64,000 nucleotides of DNA from Rebecca billardiae RCC1528 (GCA_965240325.2 OZ251224.1:1240001-1304000); one strand, 5' to 3'. Counted from the first letter of the stretch, positions 20,104 to 30,074 are shown. The notes: generated from the letters alone by a model not told the origin. A program made the numbers and translations.

Positions 20104-23100
20104 ATGGTCATCCTCGACCTTGACCGCCGCAACCAACTCGAGCAGGTACTCCTCGACCCCGAGCTGCCCATGAGGCGGCATGCCGCCGCGCGTCACGAGC
20201 TCGACCGAGACCGTCTCGAGAGGCTCTTTGCCGAGTTCAACCTGACGCCAAACGTCGATGGCAAGACCTTCGTGCTGCAGGGCAAGCGAAAGCGCATGCC
20301 CAGAACGCGCAAGAGCTGGGACCAGCTACGCCGCACGCTCGAGAGGCTTGAGAAGCACCAGCCTATCGAGACCGAGCTGAAGGCGATGGGCATCGACCTA
20401 CAAGGCGGGCAGTTCACGCTCCAAGGGCGCAAGAGGCGACTACCTCGCACGTCCGAGGGCATGAGGAAGCTGCGCAAGCAGATCGGCTTCACCGCCAAGA
20501 TGCTGAATGATGGCATGACCAGGGTGGCTGTGCATGGGCCGGAGATCACCAAGGAGACGACCTTCACCATGCCAATCTCGATGCAGGTGGAGGCGACGGC
20601 GCCTCTGCTCATGCGAGAGCAAGCGCTCTACCAGATGCCGTCGCATCTGACAAGCGCAATCCACGACTTTGTCGCTGAGACGATCGAGAAGGAGCTGATG
20701 CGCGGAGCATCGAGTCGGCTCAAGGTGAGGGTCATCATCGAGACGCTGCATGTGAAGAGCACCAAGGGTGTCTTTGCGGTCGAGATGCCGAGCCTGCCCG
20801 AGGACGCCTACCGCCGCATGATCGAACGAGGGCACCCCACCATCTCGAAGTCAAGTCGCTCCATTGCCGGCAAAGCAGTTTGGCAGCAGGAGCCGCAGCC
20901 GCTCATCGACCTCGTCAACGAGATGATCACAGACGCCTTCGAGCAGCGGCAGTCAATCTACGCAGACAAGCCAATCGCCCTCAGCCGAATGTGGATAACC
21001 AGCGGCATGGTGACGCCTCGCGGAGCGACATCCGGGAGCAGCTACGTGAAGCTCGAAGGGCGGTGGGCGAACGCCAAGATGGGCATCGTCAACCCCAAGA
21101 ACCAAGACCTCAAGTGCTTCATGGCCGCGCTGCAGGCGGCAAAGGCTGTGGAGAGCGGCGTTGCCCACCCCGAGCGGCCGAGCGTCCACCGGAAGTTCCT
21201 CGTGACCGAGCCCGAGGGTGCTGTCTACCCTGTGGACATCGGTGAGATCCGCGCATGGGAGGTCGCCAACAACCTGGCCATCACAGCCTATCGCCTCCCC
21301 GAGGACGGTGGGCAGGCGCAGGTGATGCGACTGCCGACGCCGCAGGATTTCCACAACCTGCCTCGGGTGACCCTCGGGCTCTACAAGGAGCACTGGGTCT
21401 TCTGCCGCTCCGCCGATGCCATTTGCGCAAATACCACCTATATCTACTGCGAGCTGTGTCTCAAAAAGTTCCCGTTCAACGCTCGCGCCAAGCGAGATGA
21501 GCATCAGGAGACGTGCCATGACTCGTGGACTGTTAACTACGATGCTCAGACTGAGGAGCAAAAATTAGCCAGCTACATGACGCCTCGCGAGGCTGCGGCC
21601 GGCAAAGATTACCAGACCTCTATCGAGTACACGGGAGGCATCGAGCAGATCGTCAAGCCGCTGGTGATCCACGCCGATTTCGAGACCGTGACCATCGACG
21701 GTGAGATGAGGCCATATGCCGTCGGCCTCATTGAGACCTGGAGCGACGGAGCCATCAAGTACGTGACCTTCACCGGGCCTGAGTGCCATATTGATCTGGT
21801 GGTCTACCTGCTGGAGACATACCCGAGCTACCTGGATACTGCAAGCAGGCACTCTGCGCTTAAGAAACGCTCCTTCACACATGAGACCCAGCAGGCTTTC
21901 GATAGTGCCACCTGCTGCTACCTCTGCGACGGCGAATTCGGCGAGACCAAAAATTTCGATCATGACCACTACACTGGCGCATATCGCGGCGCCGCCTGCA
22001 CAAAGTGCAACCTGCATGCATCCACGACGAATCTCATGGCGAGCGTACCAGTATTCTTTCACAACCTCACCGGCTTTGACGCCAATTTCCTGATCCAGGC
22101 CCTCGGCTCCGAGCGGGTGCAAGGGCTGATGAACGAGATGGCCAGGATAAAGCAGAACCGCAAAACGGAGATCCTCAAGAAAAGGATCGAGGCGCAGGAG
22201 GCGCTTCTCGTCTCGTGCGCAATAAGAGGAGACAACTATGACACTGCGCAAATCACCAGCCTCGAGCGCGAGCTCGCGAGCACGCGCCTCACCAAAGCGC
22301 TCAAAACCGACATCATTCTCCAGAACACGCAGCGACTCAAGCAGCTGACTATCGGCGGCTTTTGTTTCAAGGACACGATGGCCTTTATGAAAGAATCGCT
22401 GGAGACGCTCCTAGACAACCTGGACCCCGCGGACATGCGGAACTTGCGCTCGTTTGCCAGCGATTGGGCGCGAGCCCGAGGACTCGACCCAGAAGTCGTA
22501 TTCGAGGCCGCGCGGCGCAAGGGCATTTTCCCCTACGAGATTCCGTGGCACCTCGAGCTGGATACGCCCATTGACACGCTCATCGAAAAATACCCCGACC
22601 TCTTCTTGTCCAAGCTTAAATCGAGCTTCGGTATCGCAGGCCAGGACCAACACTTTGAGGCGGGCGAGGATGAGGCGATCGTCAAGCTCGTGCAACTCAA
22701 GTCGGCGGTCGGGCTGGAGACGATGAGAGACCTCCTCGACTGGTACCTCGCTATCGACGTTCACGGGCAGGCAGACGTCTTCACCAACTTCCAGCACCTC
22801 TTTCACACCAACTTTGGCCTGGACCCGAGCTGGTTTCTCTCGGCGCCGCAATCCTTCTTCAAGACGATGCTCAAGACCACGGGGCAAAAGATCGAGCTCT
22901 GGCAAGACTCGAAAGACGTGGACTTTGCTTCCAAGTGCATTCGAGGCGGCTACACAGATGTGCGCCACAAGCTGCAGACGGCAGGAGGAGGCGTGCACAT
23001 CGGCTACTTTGACGCCAACAACTTGTACGGCTGGGCGATGAAGCTCAAGATGCCAGTAGGCGCGCCCTGGGATGTTGAGCCCGAGGACTTTGACCTGCAC

Positions 23101-24378
23101 GACCCCCGGTATGGGCGGCTACCGAGTGACCCCGGCGACCTCGATTTCCAAGGAGACATCGGAGCGTATGTGGAGATCGATGGCTACTATCCGGAGCACA
23201 CGCACCAGCGCCTCAACGATTTTGTCCCGCTGCCCGAACACAGGGACGGCAAGCTCATCGCGCACCTCGACCCACGCGTCAACTATGTGTGCAGTGTGCT
23301 GAATCTGCAGAAGGCAGTCGAGCTCGGCTTTGTCGTGACAAAGGTCCATCGCGTGCTAGAGATGCATCTAGCACCGTGGATGCGCGGCTATGTCGACCAG
23401 ATGGCTGCGCTGCGCGCCCAGGCGAGAAACGACTTTGAGAAGAATTTCTTCAAACTAGGCCCGAACTCGTGCTTTGGAAAAACCATGGAGCGCACGCTGC
23501 ACCACCAGGATGCCGGCATCGTCTCTGGGAGTGTGATGGAGAAGCGCTTCCTCGACCCGCGCAGCCGGTACTCGAGGCATATCGGCGGCTCGCTCTTTCT
23601 CGTCTCTGGTGACAAGAAGCGATACCTCAAGACTACTCCTGTTCAATTGGGCGCGCTCATCCTTGAGAGCTCGAAGCTGCTCATGCAGACCTTTTGGTAC
23701 GATGGCCTCAAGCCGGCGCTTCCAAACATCCAGCTCTGCATGACCGATACCGATTCCTTCATCTTCTCGGTGAACGACAAGAATTACAAGCACAAGATGA
23801 AAGAGCTCGCGCCGCGCTGGCTTGATATGCATGGCTACCACAAGCGCAACCCGATGCATGATGCCTCGAACCAGAAAGTGGTCGGCTACTTCAAGGACGA
23901 GTTCGCCAACGACCGCATTTGCGAGGTGGTGTGCAACGCGCCGAAATGTTACTCGGTCAGATCGACAAAGAAACAGCTACGCAAGAACAAGGGCGTGCCA
24001 TACAAAGTGGTGACGAAAGCACTGCAACATGGTCACTATCGCGATATCGTCCTCCGCGAGAAGGAGACACACGTAGACTATTACCAGATTGCGCCGCGCT
24101 CGAATGTGGTGAGGATGGAACGCCGTGAGAAGGTGGCGCTCCGAAACTCGTACAACAAGGGTGTCGTGGCTGCGGACGGGCTGGAGATCCTATCGCTGGG
24201 CCACTACAAGCTCGATCCAAGGAGACACTTTGAGCGAATTATTCGGACACATGATTGGGACACGCTCACAGCAAGGAAGGCAGCGCAAATCATGGTCGAC
24301 GAGTCTGGCTACGACGTGAGCCTCAAGTGGGCCAACCGAATAATGAACGAGTTCGTCACAGCTTGCTTGACGGGCTGA
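20104..24378 (+). CDS. polB: Protein-primed family B DNA polymerase (pPolB) with N-terminal terminal-protein/vOTU-like region and inserted endonuclease VII-like Zn finger
   Basis: Exonuclease motifs HADFET, FFHNLTGFD and YLAIDV. Polymerase motifs YFDANNLYGWAM, KLGPNSCFGKT, MTDTDS, PKCYS and KNKGV. EndoVII-like CYLC...DHDHYTGAYRGAACTKCN. NPKNQDLKCF...EHWVF is a Cys/His region typical of Polinton pPolB N-termini. Confidence 0.95.
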   Translation: MVILDLDRRNQLEQVLLDPELPMRRHAAARHELDRDRLERLFAEFNLTPNVDGKTFVLQGKRKRMPRTRKSWDQLRRTLERLEKHQPIETELKAMGIDLQGGQFTLQGRKRRLPRTSEGMRKLRKQIGFTAKMLNDGMTRVAVHGPEITKETTFTMPISMQVEATAPLLMREQALYQMPSHLTSAIHDFVAETIEKELMRGASSRLKVRVIIETLHVKSTKGVFAVEMPSLPEDAYRRMIERGHPTISKSSRSIAGKAVWQQEPQPLIDLVNEMITDAFEQRQSIYADKPIALSRMWITSGMVTPRGATSGSSYVKLEGRWANAKMGIVNPKNQDLKCFMAALQAAKAVESGVAHPERPSVHRKFLVTEPEGAVYPVDIGEIRAWEVANNLAITAYRLPEDGGQAQVMRLPTPQDFHNLPRVTLGLYKEHWVFCRSADAICANTTYIYCELCLKKFPFNARAKRDEHQETCHDSWTVNYDAQTEEQKLASYMTPREAAAGKDYQTSIEYTGGIEQIVKPLVIHADFETVTIDGEMRPYAVGLIETWSDGAIKYVTFTGPECHIDLVVYLLETYPSYLDTASRHSALKKRSFTHETQQAFDSATCCYLCDGEFGETKNFDHDHYTGAYRGAACTKCNLHASTTNLMASVPVFFHNLTGFDANFLIQALGSERVQGLMNEMARIKQNRKTEILKKRIEAQEALLVSCAIRGDNYDTAQITSLERELASTRLTKALKTDIILQNTQRLKQLTIGGFCFKDTMAFMKESLETLLDNLDPADMRNLRSFASDWARARGLDPEVVFEAARRKGIFPYEIPWHLELDTPIDTLIEKYPDLFLSKLKSSFGIAGQDQHFEAGEDEAIVKLVQLKSAVGLETMRDLLDWYLAIDVHGQADVFTNFQHLFHTNFGLDPSWFLSAPQSFFKTMLKTTGQKIELWQDSKDVDFASKCIRGGYTDVRHKLQTAGGGVHIGYFDANNLYGWAMKLKMPVGAPWDVEPEDFDLHDPRYGRLPSDPGDLDFQGDIGAYVEIDGYYPEHTHQRLNDFVPLPEHRDGKLIAHLDPRVNYVCSVLNLQKAVELGFVVTKVHRVLEMHLAPWMRGYVDQMAALRAQARNDFEKNFFKLGPNSCFGKTMERTLHHQDAGIVSGSVMEKRFLDPRSRYSRHIGGSLFLVSGDKKRYLKTTPVQLGALILESSKLLMQTFWYDGLKPALPNIQLCMTDTDSFIFSVNDKNYKHKMKELAPRWLDMHGYHKRNPMHDASNQKVVGYFKDEFANDRICEVVCNAPKCYSVRSTKKQLRKNKGVPYKVVTKALQHGHYRDIVLREKETHVDYYQIAPRSNVVRMERREKVALRNSYNKGVVAADGLEILSLGHYKLDPRRHFERIIRTHDWDTLTARKAAQIMVDESGYDVSLKWANRIMNEFVTACLTG

Positions 24379-25276
24379 ACGATGACGACGGCGACGAGAA
24401 CCGAGGTGTGGGATCGTACGGGATGACCTTGAGGAATGCCTTCGCCGCGTTTTCAGATACATTAAAATCTCTGGCCAGCATCTTGCTCAGAGCTGTGCGC
24501 GATTCTTTCGGGTTGGCCTGCATCATGAGTATGATGGCATCGATGTTGTCGTCAAGGTGGTCTCTCGCTTCATTTCCGAAGAGCGGTTTTGAGGCCTGGG
24601 TGCCAGCAGTCTGCTGGGATGGCTGCTCCTGTGTGCCCATGGAACGCCTCTTTGGACCGCCAGCCTGCGTGCCAATCGCCGGGCGCTCTGGCACCCCCTG
24701 AGTGCCAGTTGAACGTCTCTTTGGACCGCCAGCCTGCGTGCCAATCGCCGGGCGTTCAGCCGGAGGAGGCATCTCCTGAGTACCCATGGAGCGTCTCTTG
24801 GTGCTCGCCTGAGTACCTGTAGAGTGCTGCTCTGGCCGCAGGTTCCGAACGACTCTGTCCGTCTCAACACCAATCGATCGCCGCTCTGGCACGGCGCTTG
24901 TGGAGACAGGCAGAGGCTGCTTGTTTACTATGAGTCTGCTCATGGCCTGACCAGACGCATCGCGTGTAGGCAGGCGAATCTGCCGAGCACGAAATTCGTT
25001 GACACCATCGCTAAAGGGGAGCAAGGAATCGATGGAAGGCACTCGCCTGCCCACTGCAGCCGTCTGGTTTGTGGGCGGCGGTCTCGTGGGCTTGATCAGC
25101 GGCTTCATCACAATCGGCTCGGCCGAATACGTCAATCGTCTCGAAGACGGCGTAGGCACGGATCCGCTCCAGTATTCTTTCCCTCGGCTGTGAAAGGAGC
25201 CTCCATACGGTTTGCCCTCGAGCCGAAAATGCGTGGTCTTGGTCGGCAGGAATCGCTCGCGATGTATGGCCTGCAT
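24356..25276 (-). CDS. PLV hypothetical protein with tandem GTQ motifs
   Basis: 306-aa ORF with an ATG abutting the ATPase stop. Seven xxGTQ motifs and a 69-bp internal DNA repeat. Confidence 0.75.
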   Translation of the reverse strand: MQAIHRERFLPTKTTHFRLEGKPYGGSFHSRGKEYWSGSVPTPSSRRLTYSAEPIVMKPLIKPTRPPPTNQTAAVGRRVPSIDSLLPFSDGVNEFRARQIRLPTRDASGQAMSRLIVNKQPLPVSTSAVPERRSIGVETDRVVRNLRPEQHSTGTQASTKRRSMGTQEMPPPAERPAIGTQAGGPKRRSTGTQGVPERPAIGTQAGGPKRRSMGTQEQPSQQTAGTQASKPLFGNEARDHLDDNIDAIILMMQANPKESRTALSKMLARDFNVSENAAKAFLKVIPYDPTPRFSSPSSSFSPSSKL

Positions 25277-25972
25277 CTATAATAGTAATGATAATTTATT
25301 CCACTCTCTGTGGAGCGTACCATGGTCTGCATTAAGAAATAAAAAAGTGTGCGGATCGCCATCGCCAAAAATGTACTGATACACTGTAGCAAAGTCTGAG
25401 CGAGGCATCATGATCAATTCAGAGCGCAGAGCCTCTAGCTCCTTGGTATTGTTGGGCTTGAACACGGTCACATGCGAGAATAATTTTCGTATAGTCAGTG
25501 GCACCGATATGTAACCCTGTGATATAACAATGATACTGAGTTTGTAGTGTCGCCTGTTCTGAACGATACGCGAATACAGGCGTTGTAAATTTGGGTCTTT
25601 TAGTGACTCAGCAAAATCATCTATAATAAGGAGCGTCGGCAAAGGCATATTCGACTCGGCAATGCTGAGCACATTCTGAAGTGTCTCTGCCGTCAGCTCG
25701 TGGTACACATATTGGAGCGTGGCTAGCGGGGAATTTTGGAAGCTGTCCACCGAGGTGCGAGGAGCCACGAAGATTACGTTGGCAAAGACTCGTTTATAGG
25801 GCCCAGTGATCAAGCCCACTACCTGGCTGGATTTGCCGCTACGGGGTGGGCCAAAGACGCCCCAATGAAAGCTCGTGTTTGGGAGAGGCTCTGGCAGGCC
25901 TGGCTTTAGAGGCTTGTCCGCACTGATTCTAGGCAGCGGGAGCTCTATGTGATGCGCGATCTCGTTGATCAT
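25277..25972 (-). CDS. A32/FtsK-HerA-family genome packaging ATPase
   Basis: Walker A GPPRSGKS, Walker B LLIIDD, and RRHYKLSIIVISQ (arginine finger and Q motif). Confidence 0.92.
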   Translation of the reverse strand: MINEIAHHIELPLPRISADKPLKPGLPEPLPNTSFHWGVFGPPRSGKSSQVVGLITGPYKRVFANVIFVAPRTSVDSFQNSPLATLQYVYHELTAETLQNVLSIAESNMPLPTLLIIDDFAESLKDPNLQRLYSRIVQNRRHYKLSIIVISQGYISVPLTIRKLFSHVTVFKPNNTKELEALRSELIMMPRSDFATVYQYIFGDGDPHTFLFLNADHGTLHREWNKLSLLL

Positions 25973-26298
25973 ATAAACCGCATGATTCTTTTTTGGGATG
26001 TCTTGACAGGGGTCACCTCCGGGGTCACCGCCTCTGGGGTCACCTCTTCCTCGCCTGCCAGCTCGATCGATTCGACCGGCTGCCTGACAATGCTCGGCGG
26101 CGTCTTGCTTGGTGGGCGCCTGGGTGTGGGTGCTTTTGGCCCGACCTCGCCGCCGATTTCTTCGAGCTTGGCTTTCGCATCCTCTGCCAGCTTGGTGTAT
26201 GTGGCCGCATGTGTCTCATATGTCACAACCTGGCGTTTCAGGCGCATGCGCTCCGTCGCCAGCTGCTGCGCCTCGCTGCGTGTCTTTTTATTCTCCAT
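25969..26298 (-). CDS. PLV small hypothetical protein (coiled-coil plus Pro-rich)
   Basis: ATG start with an upstream AT-rich motif; ATGA overlap with the ATPase start. Confidence 0.65.
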   Translation of the reverse strand: MENKKTRSEAQQLATERMRLKRQVVTYETHAATYTKLAEDAKAKLEEIGGEVGPKAPTPRRPPSKTPPSIVRQPVESIELAGEEEVTPEAVTPEVTPVKTSQKRIMRFI

Positions 26299-26411
26299 CT
26301 TCTATATGCAAGCAGAGAATATTTTGGATTTCAGCCGAGAGGATGCATTGGCATGGTACATCTCCAAGAAGCTCGGCACGAGCGATGATGAAATAATATC
26401 GGCACTAATTC

Positions 26412-27146
26412 ATGCTGCACCTGCACACAAGTCAGGGCGATGTGTTCCCACTGGGCCGAGCCAAGACGAGCTGCGTGAATTTCACACTGAGCCACCCAAT
26501 CATGGCGGCAAGCGATGAGGTCATATTTGTATCTGTCGATAGCCTGTGTGTGCCTAATACGCGCTATGCCGTAGACAGCTCGAATAATAGCGTGGGTGCC
26601 GCCTCCGACTGGGGCGACACAACGCTCACGCTCACCCCGAAGAATTATACCGCTAGCACGCTAGTCACGGAGATCAACTCGGCATTGTCTAGCATCAACG
26701 TGACTGCTGCTTTCGACTCGGCCACTGGCAAGCTTACATTCTCGACGTCACATGGTTTCGACACCACCATCAAGGGCACGAGCAGCGCTTCGCGCGTGCT
26801 CGGCCTCTGTCGCACAGACTTGGTAATACCTGCTGGCGGCAGTATAGAGGCACCCGGCGTGGTGGACCTGCTCAGCCGAGGCTTTGCGCTAACCTGCGAA
26901 GGGTTGGATGTCAAGAGCAGAGACTCGTCCAACTCGGGCTCATCAAGCAATATTTTGTGCGTGGTGCATATCGACAAGCCTTTCGGCCAGACTGTACTGT
27001 ACACTGATGCGAACAATGACATTTTGCAGTGCAACCGCCGGAGTATACAAAATATCGAGCTCCAGCTGATCGATCTCGAGACCATGCAGCCGGTGGAGCT
27101 GAATGGAGCCGAGTGGTCTGTCAACCTGAAATTCCAAATTTCTTAA
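26412..27146 (+). CDS. Minor capsid (penton) protein
   Basis: LTPKNYTASTLVTEINSAL...GKLTF...VLGL and C-terminal IQNIELQLIDLETMQPVELNGAEWSVNLKF are characteristic of PLV/virophage pentons. Lies directly upstream of the major capsid gene. Confidence 0.8.
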   Translation: MLHLHTSQGDVFPLGRAKTSCVNFTLSHPIMAASDEVIFVSVDSLCVPNTRYAVDSSNNSVGAASDWGDTTLTLTPKNYTASTLVTEINSALSSINVTAAFDSATGKLTFSTSHGFDTTIKGTSSASRVLGLCRTDLVIPAGGSIEAPGVVDLLSRGFALTCEGLDVKSRDSSNSGSSSNILCVVHIDKPFGQTVLYTDANNDILQCNRRSIQNIELQLIDLETMQPVELNGAEWSVNLKFQIS

Positions 27147-27171
27147 GAAATATTTCCTGGCCATAGTACTT

Positions 27172-28485
27172 ATGGCTTACGCCGGCAAGCGTGTGACGAA
27201 CGATATTCGCGGTGATGACGCGATGGTGCTCGAGCAGGAGGAGACGGCTCCGAGCTACTATGACTTCTCAAACCCCAAGCCCGTCGCCGTTGGCGCTGCC
27301 TACAAGAGGTCGACGATATATGCAGGCCCGTCGTCTAGCTTCACAAGTGGCCAGGTGATGCAATTCGATATCCCGACTGGCACGCCCGGCGCGATGATGG
27401 ACCCGTCGCAGACAGTCCTGCAGTTTACAATCCACAACACCTCTGGCCAGCCTCTCACGCTCTCAAGGTCTGCATACTCGTGCATCGAGCGCATTGACGC
27501 CTACCACGGCAGCCAGATGATCGCAAGCACGGGCAAGGCAGGCCTGCTGCACAATGTCTTGCTCGACTTCCAGTCGGGCGCATCTTCGGGCTTCTCCACC
27601 GGCAGCATGCTGGGCTGTGCCGACTACGAGATGCCTGCCGCATATGCAGCCGCCGATGTTGAGAGCGCGCTTTACCCGACAACCGGTGAGACAATTGCCA
27701 ACAATGCCCGGAAGACGGTTACCCTCCCACTCGCGTACGTGTTTGGCGCTCTGTGTGGTAAGGCGGTGCCGCTCTCTGAGCTGCACCAAGGCCTTCGTGT
27801 GGACATCCATGTGGCCAACATGCTCGACTTTGGCGTGTATGATGCCGACCCAGGCACTACCTCCCCCACGCTTGAGACGGTCAAGATGCAGCTCGGCATG
27901 GTCATGCTGAGCGATAGTGCCTACACCAAGATGGTTCGCTCGCTCGATCGGATCTACATCCCATCGATGTCCTACCTCCATGCCTCCCACTCGGTGGCTG
28001 CAAACACGTCGACGGCCTGGCAGTTGCCGTTCCGCCTGGCCTCGGTCAACATGATCATCCTGGCTGCGGTGCCGAATACCAGTGAGAACGCCTTTGGTGG
28101 CGACATCACGACTCGCACGCGAGCGGCGCTCACCAAGTGGCAGTTGCGCATCGGCTCTACCCTCGTGCCGGATCAGCCAGTCTCTGCCACCCACGGCGGC
28201 GCAGAGACGCGCGCTGAGCTCGTTCGCGCCTTCAACGCGCTCGGCATTGCCGATTATGCCTCTCGCGTGAGCGGCACGGCCTTTGACGATGCGGCTTTCT
28301 GCATCGCCTTCAACACGAGCGCCTTCTCGCAGTCCGACATCCTCTTCGACGGTCGCCGACTCGATACGGAGTACGCCATCTTTGAGGCGGACACGAACAG
28401 CGGGGCATCTTTCAAGTGGCATGCCTGGGCGCTCCATGACGTGATGATGGAGGTCTCACAGAACCAGCTTAATTTCGCCATTTAA
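27172..28485 (+). CDS. Double-jelly-roll major capsid protein (PLV type)
   Basis: 437 aa, beta-rich. SFTSGQVMQFDIP...MMDPSQTVLQFTI, VPLSELHQGLRVDIHV and WQLRIGSTLVPDQPV fit PLV capsids, and the gene sits beside the penton and ATPase. Confidence 0.82.
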   Translation: MAYAGKRVTNDIRGDDAMVLEQEETAPSYYDFSNPKPVAVGAAYKRSTIYAGPSSSFTSGQVMQFDIPTGTPGAMMDPSQTVLQFTIHNTSGQPLTLSRSAYSCIERIDAYHGSQMIASTGKAGLLHNVLLDFQSGASSGFSTGSMLGCADYEMPAAYAAADVESALYPTTGETIANNARKTVTLPLAYVFGALCGKAVPLSELHQGLRVDIHVANMLDFGVYDADPGTTSPTLETVKMQLGMVMLSDSAYTKMVRSLDRIYIPSMSYLHASHSVAANTSTAWQLPFRLASVNMIILAAVPNTSENAFGGDITTRTRAALTKWQLRIGSTLVPDQPVSATHGGAETRAELVRAFNALGIADYASRVSGTAFDDAAFCIAFNTSAFSQSDILFDGRRLDTEYAIFEADTNSGASFKWHAWALHDVMMEVSQNQLNFAI

Positions 28486-28502
28486 TTTCGCTCTATATAT
28501 AC

Positions 28503-28796
28503 ATGAGTTTTCTAGGTAGACTCGTTAGAGATGCGCGCGGAAAGATCGGCGGGCTGGCTAACACCGCCCGAAGGCTCGGCAGACCTATCAGCTCTGCAAT
28601 CCATCACCTAAAGCCCTGTGTAGACAAGGTGGGTGGGGACGTCACCCAATTCTTGAACGAAGTCGATCGCACCGAAGGCCTCGGTGATATCGCCTCACCT
28701 TATACGGCCGCTGGAAGGCGGGCCATACAGCGTGGGCGTCAGATCTCCAACCGTCTGGACCAGGGGGCTCGCAGAGCCGACCGGTTTCTACGCTAG
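28503..28796 (+). CDS. Small basic PLV protein (possible core or membrane-active protein)
   Basis: 97 aa, Arg-rich, with an amphipathic N-terminus MSFLGRLVRDARGKIGGL and an AT-rich upstream region. Confidence 0.6.
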   Translation: MSFLGRLVRDARGKIGGLANTARRLGRPISSAIHHLKPCVDKVGGDVTQFLNEVDRTEGLGDIASPYTAAGRRAIQRGRQISNRLDQGARRADRFLR

Positions 28797-29405
28797 GCGG
28801 TGCTGCTCTCGTAAAAAGCGGATTGGGCGCGTGAACGCGTCTGCGCTGATGCGCCCGACCGTCTTCCGACTGCCCCCTCGCTGAGTGAGCGAGAGTGCCG
28901 ACACGATATCGCCTGGAGAGCGGACATCGAATTGTGTCTTTGGTAAGACCTTTCCGATATCCTTCAACCCAGCACCTTTTTGGGATGTATGCACCTGAGC
29001 TGCGCCAGAGTTTTCGGCTATGTGCCCGCCCAAGCTGTGGCCCATGGCTGACGTCACGCCATATTTTCGCCGCACAATCTCGACCAGCTTTCGGGCTCGC
29101 TGGTGGCGCGGATCATATACAGAGAACCCGAGCGCGAGTAGCACATCGGACACTGCCCAGTCGGCAAAGCTGACACTGCCTCGAAATAGGACTAGCGGCC
29201 GGCCTGATGCTATGTGCACCAATACCTTGTCTTCGTCAGACGAGAGTCTGACGTCAAGCCGATACCGCGGCTTTACGTGCTCGCGCGCCTGCTCGAGCGT
29301 CATGTATGATGCTTCTAGCAACATGCGCCTGTCTTTTTGGAGGGTCGTCCCCGAATCGAATAGCATGCGCTCGCCTTCCTGGGTTGAGATGGTGGGGATA
29401 TTCAT
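28788..29405 (-). CDS. Lipase (class 3-like alpha/beta hydrolase)
   Basis: VLFRGS oxyanion region, GHSLGG nucleophile elbow and DIVS. Lipases are known in PLVs and virophages. Confidence 0.85.
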   Translation of the reverse strand: MNIPTISTQEGERMLFDSGTTLQKDRRMLLEASYMTLEQAREHVKPRYRLDVRLSSDEDKVLVHIASGRPLVLFRGSVSFADWAVSDVLLALGFSVYDPRHQRARKLVEIVRRKYGVTSAMGHSLGGHIAENSGAAQVHTSQKGAGLKDIGKVLPKTQFDVRSPGDIVSALSLTQRGGSRKTVGRISADAFTRPIRFLREQHRLA

Positions 29406-29419
29406 ATTACTGCACAGTT

Positions 29420-30052
29420 TTATTTGCGAGGCCTGAGCATCCTGAAGCCGTGAGCCGAGCGGACTGGGTGCCCGCTCGTGGCGTCTACAATGTTTGTGAC
29501 CTGCGCTCGCCTGTCTCTCTGGCTACGCGTGCGACGGATGGCTCCAGTAGGGATGACCGAGGTTTGCTCCACAGCCGGCTGGCTGCCACCTCTGTGAGTG
29601 ATCGAGCCCTTGTCATTAAAAACATACCAGTTCCCCTCTGTTTGCCTCCGCACCACCGCCATGAGCAGAGCCAGGAGCGGCCGAATCTCAGGCCATGGTG
29701 CCCCGCTTTGTCGCCACTCTTTATCCCGGAGAGGCTTGACAAAACTGTAGCCTGGATTCGTGCGAGCGAGAAGCCGATCCTCCACATCTTTGGCCAGGTT
29801 GGGGCTCGTCACAAGGAATGCCAGTAGCTTGAAGCTGCCTGCAGCATAGGGCATGCTATGCCTGTACCCAGCGAAGAGCCTACTCCGAATATTTTTGGTC
29901 ATTCCCATTTTAAACAGGGGTCTCTTGCCAGCCCATGTTGGGTGGATCACATACACGCCGGCAATCTTTTTGTCCTTGTCAGCGAAGCCCGCATTTTGCA
30001 GCGCAGCCTTAAACTGCGTATACTCCTTCTTTAGCGGGTCAGTGATACGCAT
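29420..30052 (-). CDS. GIY-YIG/T5orf172-like nuclease domain protein
   Basis: AGVYVI...LFKMGMTKNIRSRL...Y...VEDRLL. The ATG at 30052 follows an AT-rich divergent promoter. Confidence 0.6.
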   Translation of the reverse strand: MRITDPLKKEYTQFKAALQNAGFADKDKKIAGVYVIHPTWAGKRPLFKMGMTKNIRSRLFAGYRHSMPYAAGSFKLLAFLVTSPNLAKDVEDRLLARTNPGYSFVKPLRDKEWRQSGAPWPEIRPLLALLMAVVRRQTEGNWYVFNDKGSITHRGGSQPAVEQTSVIPTGAIRRTRSQRDRRAQVTNIVDATSGHPVRSAHGFRMLRPRK

Positions 30053-30074
30053 ATTATTATATGGCTTATAATAT

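Noticed and set aside
25949-26518. + strand 189-aa ORF in the PLV
   Set aside because: Mostly antisense to ORF 25969-26298 and overlapping the penton start in another frame. A short MQAENIL... ORF within it cannot be excluded but is unsupported.
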